Assembly: GCA_025839675.1 (NCBI GenBank)
Contig: CP104013.1
Span: forward strand, 5,790,001 to 5,822,000
Direction: 5' to 3'
Length of the DNA: 32,000 bases
Source: Candidatus Lokiarchaeum ossiferum
Lineage (GTDB): Archaea > Asgardarchaeota > Lokiarchaeia > Sigyniarchaeales > Promethearchaeaceae
This document shows, in pieces, positions 29,051-32,000 of the stretch (position 1 is its first letter; each line of letters begins with the position of its first letter). The notes under the pieces were generated by a model, which did no database searches, had not been told where the DNA came from, and saw only the letters and a list, made by a program, of their open reading frames with translations. A program made the translations under genes and the position numbers.

Positions 29051-30454
29051 TTAATTTTTGATGTATAGATATCTGTCGTAAGTTACACTGCTAATTTTAC
29101 CTGTATTATTGTCTCTATAAAATTGGATCTTGGGAACAGGTGGTAGTTGGGCCAATCCAAGGGTGAAGGTAAGATTCAAGATATCCTTAGGTATCAATGG
29201 AAATTTTAGACTTCCATCATCAATTTGTAGTTTAGCCCAAAGAACTCCTCCTTCTAACAGTATTTCTGCACTATAAAGATCATGAGGGGCATAGTATTTA
29301 CCTTGAATTTCATCTAAAATGGGTTCCACTTGTAATTCTTTCAATTCTTGGTGTGGATCCTTACCCAAAATGATAGCAAGCGCATATCGTGCGATTATTG
29401 AAGGGGAAATATTGCATGAATTTTGGCCTACGTAGATCCCAAGGTTGAGATCAGGGGCTAAAATTAAAGATGTGCAACTCGTTCCTAATCCTCCTCCATG
29501 GTGGACTAATTTAGTCCCTAAATAACTATCATCTATTACCCAACCTAAGGCATATTTTCCTTCGGGAGTAAGTCCATAAGGGCATGAAATAATTGGATCC
29601 CATAGTTTGGAAAACATTTCATCAGTCAAAATTTCTTTTCCATCCCATTTTCCTCGGTTTAAAATCAATTGGGCATATTTAAGCATATCATTAGCAGAAA
29701 TATTTAAGCCGCCAGGAGCTTGTAAAAACTCATACATAGAAAGATTTACGCGCCTGAGAGATTGCTTACCATCTTGAGTCTTAGGTAAATATCCAACGAT
29801 TTTATCGTTCAAAGGATCCTGATCATACTCTTCTTTTGAAAATGTCGCTCTTTTGATCTGTAAAGGCTCAAAAATTAGTTCTTGTATGTATTCAGAATAT
29901 TTTTTGCCCGTTATGTTTTCAATAATGAAGCCTAAACAAGTGAACATATCATTATTATAGAAGAATTTTTCTTCAGGTTTGAAGAGATTGTAGTCATCGG
30001 GGGCACTAATATGGTAGAAAAAGTCATCTTTGGTTGCAACAGGATAAATATTTTTAAAATCGCCTAAATTATAAAACATCTGGGCTAATTGGGCGTCTGC
30101 AGCAGGAATTCCAGAAGAATGCGACAGTAAGTGTTTCAATTTAATTTCTGGATGGTTGGAAAAGGGAGGTCGTGAAAGATAAGTTGCCACACTTTCTTCT
30201 AAGGAAAGTTTTCCTTCTTGAACCAATTTCATAATGGCAAAAGCAGTAATGGATTTAGTTACACTCGCAATCCCTATTAGTGTGTCTGCAGTCATAGAAA
30301 GTCCTTTTTCTAAATCGCGATATCCATAACCACGAGCGTGCAATACTTTATCTCCTTGAATTATTCCTATAGAAAGGCCTGGGACCTTTTTTTTCCGCAT
30401 TGTTTTCCGAATAAAATTTTCGATTTTTGTAAGGTTTTCAGGTGAGATTGGCAT
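29051..30454 (-). CDS. Serine hydrolase of the beta-lactamase / penicillin-binding-protein (class C-like, PF00144-type) family
   Basis: 467-aa ORF. The S-x-x-K nucleophile box (IGIASVTKSITAF), a Y-x-N box (FFYNNDMF) and a third box at the KTG position (LVHHGGGLGTS) occur in the expected order. There is no obvious signal peptide. Confidence 0.85.
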   Translation of the reverse strand: MPISPENLTKIENFIRKTMRKKKVPGLSIGIIQGDKVLHARGYGYRDLEKGLSMTADTLIGIASVTKSITAFAIMKLVQEGKLSLEESVATYLSRPPFSNHPEIKLKHLLSHSSGIPAADAQLAQMFYNLGDFKNIYPVATKDDFFYHISAPDDYNLFKPEEKFFYNNDMFTCLGFIIENITGKKYSEYIQELIFEPLQIKRATFSKEEYDQDPLNDKIVGYLPKTQDGKQSLRRVNLSMYEFLQAPGGLNISANDMLKYAQLILNRGKWDGKEILTDEMFSKLWDPIISCPYGLTPEGKYALGWVIDDSYLGTKLVHHGGGLGTSCTSLILAPDLNLGIYVGQNSCNISPSIIARYALAIILGKDPHQELKELQVEPILDEIQGKYYAPHDLYSAEILLEGGVLWAKLQIDDGSLKFPLIPKDILNLTFTLGLAQLPPVPKIQFYRDNNTGKISSVTYDRYLYIKN

Positions 30455-30922
30455 CTTTTATCAATTTATTCTAATCATTTCTAGTAATTAAACAAAAATG
30501 TTTGAGAAAGAGAGAGAAAAAAAGGAGAAAAAAGGAAATTAATGATTATTCCCTGTCCATATGAGATAGATAACTGCTCATCCATTTGGAATTCGTCTTA
30601 AACGGAGAAATTATTACAATTTGGTTTAAATCAAATATGAAATGGTAGAAATATGGGTGTTTTTTCCTTTAGAAATATCTAAGTTTTGTTCTTTTTTTTT
30701 TCCCAATTCTTTAACCTTCTTTTCCTTCTATTGTCTATTTCTTCACTGATTGAGTCTTAGGGAATAGATATTTATCACGGAAAGCTATACGATTTTTAAT
30801 TAACCTCTCATTATGTCTGATCAAATGGGAGAAGAAAAGAAAAAAGTTAATTATAGGTTGAAAAACTGTGCCTATCGCATGGATACAGTGAGAACTGCCT
30901 CACAAACCTCCGTTAGAATTCA

Positions 30923-32000
30923 TTACGATGTACTATTTTTATTTTTTGAACCTTTCCTTCTTATAACAATTCCCAAGAGTAATGATAAAACCATTGGTAA
31001 TGTGGAAAAACCAGAAATATTTTTTTTTTCCTCAACTACATTTGTTTTTTCTGTGGTCGTTTCTTCTGTAGATGTCTCTGTTGTGTTGGCTTGAATTTCT
31101 TCTTTGTTGACAGTCAAGATTACAGTGTTATTTGATGAATTTCCATTTATATCATAAATCAAAATAGTTATTTCATAGGTTCCAGGTTCTAATCCATTTG
31201 GGATTGAAAAAGTGATTTCTGCCCCACTTGTCCATATAGCTTCAGATTCTATTTCAGTCCCATTCATGTATATCGAGTAATTAGTTGGATTAAGCTCTAC
31301 CACAATCCAAGAAATGATAGTGTCCAAATAATTTTCATCAATATTAAAATCTGATGGATATTTTATGATAATTGGTGCCTTGTTATCAATGGAGACGGAG
31401 AAAACTAAAGGAAAATTATCAAATCCATCCCCTTCACCTCTAATTTTGTAAGGTATATTCCAGATAATTCCATTATTCTCCGCGTCACTATAAATGGATG
31501 TATATTCTTCACCCCAAAAATTTCCAAAACCATTTTTATCCCATTCATTTCCTTCACACATCCCCGTTTCATTCGCTTGTATTAACTGATTATTTTGAAT
31601 ATTATTTCTATAAATCGTGTTATTATTACTGTTTATTAAGATCAAACCAATTTCCAAATTAAATTCGATACAATTATAATGGCATTCATTGTCATTGGAA
31701 CCAAATAAATACAACCCATATTGATTATATTGAACTGTATTATTGGAAATAGTACTAAAGAGTGAATTAAATAGTGCAATTCCAGCAGTACTCATTGATG
31801 CTATGTTTTTTGAAATACTACTCGTATGAGAATACGTTAGTGCAATTCCTACCGTATTGTTCCCAACTTCATTTTCGATTATAGTGGAATTATCTGAGTT
31901 AGACACCATGATCCCCATGCCTTGACAATCATTAACATAATTCTCAGATATTGAAATAAAATCAGTCTCTAGGATGTGGATTCCATGATTTGAATTTTTT
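30923..32000 (-). CDS. NosD-like right-handed parallel beta-helix surface protein with Ig-like domain, Thr/Glu-rich linker and C-terminal anchor (5' end beyond window)
   Basis: The frame stays open to nt 31999: ...KNSNHGIHILETDFISISENYVNDCQG precedes the Met used by the ORF track. PbH1-type repeats are present (NSTIIENEVGNNTVGIAL, STISNNTVQYNQYGLYL, NTIYRNNIQNN). There is a NosD-like GFGNFWGEEY...DGFDNFPL box, then an Ig-like module, then the linker and anchor. Confidence 0.85.
   Translation of the reverse strand, partial: KNSNHGIHILETDFISISENYVNDCQGMGIMVSNSDNSTIIENEVGNNTVGIALTYSHTSSISKNIASMSTAGIALFNSLFSTISNNTVQYNQYGLYLFGSNDNECHYNCIEFNLEIGLILINSNNNTIYRNNIQNNQLIQANETGMCEGNEWDKNGFGNFWGEEYTSIYSDAENNGIIWNIPYKIRGEGDGFDNFPLVFSVSIDNKAPIIIKYPSDFNIDENYLDTIISWIVVELNPTNYSIYMNGTEIESEAIWTSGAEITFSIPNGLEPGTYEITILIYDINGNSSNNTVILTVNKEEIQANTTETSTEETTTEKTNVVEEKKNISGFSTLPMVLSLLLGIVIRRKGSKNKNSTS
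30926..31015 (-). other. PGF-CTERM-like C-terminal sorting/anchor signal (variant 'SGF')
   Basis: The linker ANTTETSTEETTTEKTNVVEEKK is followed by SGFSTLPMVLSLLLGIVIRRKGSKNKNSTS, i.e. a small-G-F tripeptide, a hydrophobic helix and a basic tail. This is the layout of archaeosortase (PGF-CTERM) substrates. Confidence 0.45.

Noticed and set aside
30813-31094. 93-aa + strand ORF (MSDQMGEEKKK...)
   Set aside because: Its 3' two thirds run antisense to the well-supported C-terminus of the NosD-like gene. Its sequence is a mirror of that gene's linker and anchor (poly-V/S/F), and there is no independent support.
1-32000. Mobile-element or genomic-island boundaries, CRISPR arrays, tRNA/rRNA genes
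   Set aside because: I saw no transposase, integrase or recombinase-like ORF, no spaced direct-repeat array, no cloverleaf-compatible GC-rich segment in the spacers, and no terminal inverted or direct repeats. The composition shifts alone do not define an island.

Overview
This is an AT-rich segment that is probably archaeal. The evidence is a UPF0284/archaeal CobT-like gene, a beta-helix surface protein with a PGF-CTERM-like anchor, TATA-like boxes about 26-40 nt upstream of start codons, and oligo-T tracts after stop codons. Two thirds of the window (nt 3-21893, + strand) is one uninterrupted ORF of 7,287+ codons that is still open at the left edge. It encodes an acidic, N-glycosylation-sequon-rich giant surface protein that looks non-repetitive by eye. 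Recognisable parts are Ig-like modules, a jelly-roll CBM-like domain, an FG-GAP-type beta-propeller, two LamG (Laminin_G_3-like) domains, about 5 kb I cannot assign, a membrane-proximal cluster of DxDGDG calcium-binding-type repeats, and one or two hydrophobic membrane segments. After these comes a long sequon-free tail whose last ~650 codons switch abruptly to the AT-rich, Lys-rich composition of the neighbouring genes. Three co-directional genes follow directly: a cytoplasmic 12-unit LRR protein with an unassigned C-terminal domain, a SIR2 (NADase-type)-TPR fusion with 11 TPR-like units in exact 40-aa register, and a 5-TM protein ending in a zinc ribbon. I flag these three genes, possibly together with the giant protein, as a candidate undescribed sensor/effector (defence-like) module. 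The right end carries a UPF0284/CobT-like gene, a serine beta-lactamase/PBP-family hydrolase (- strand) and a partial NosD-like parallel beta-helix surface protein (- strand). I recognised no rRNA, tRNA, CRISPR array, transposase or integrase. All domain calls are by-eye motif recognition, not searches.
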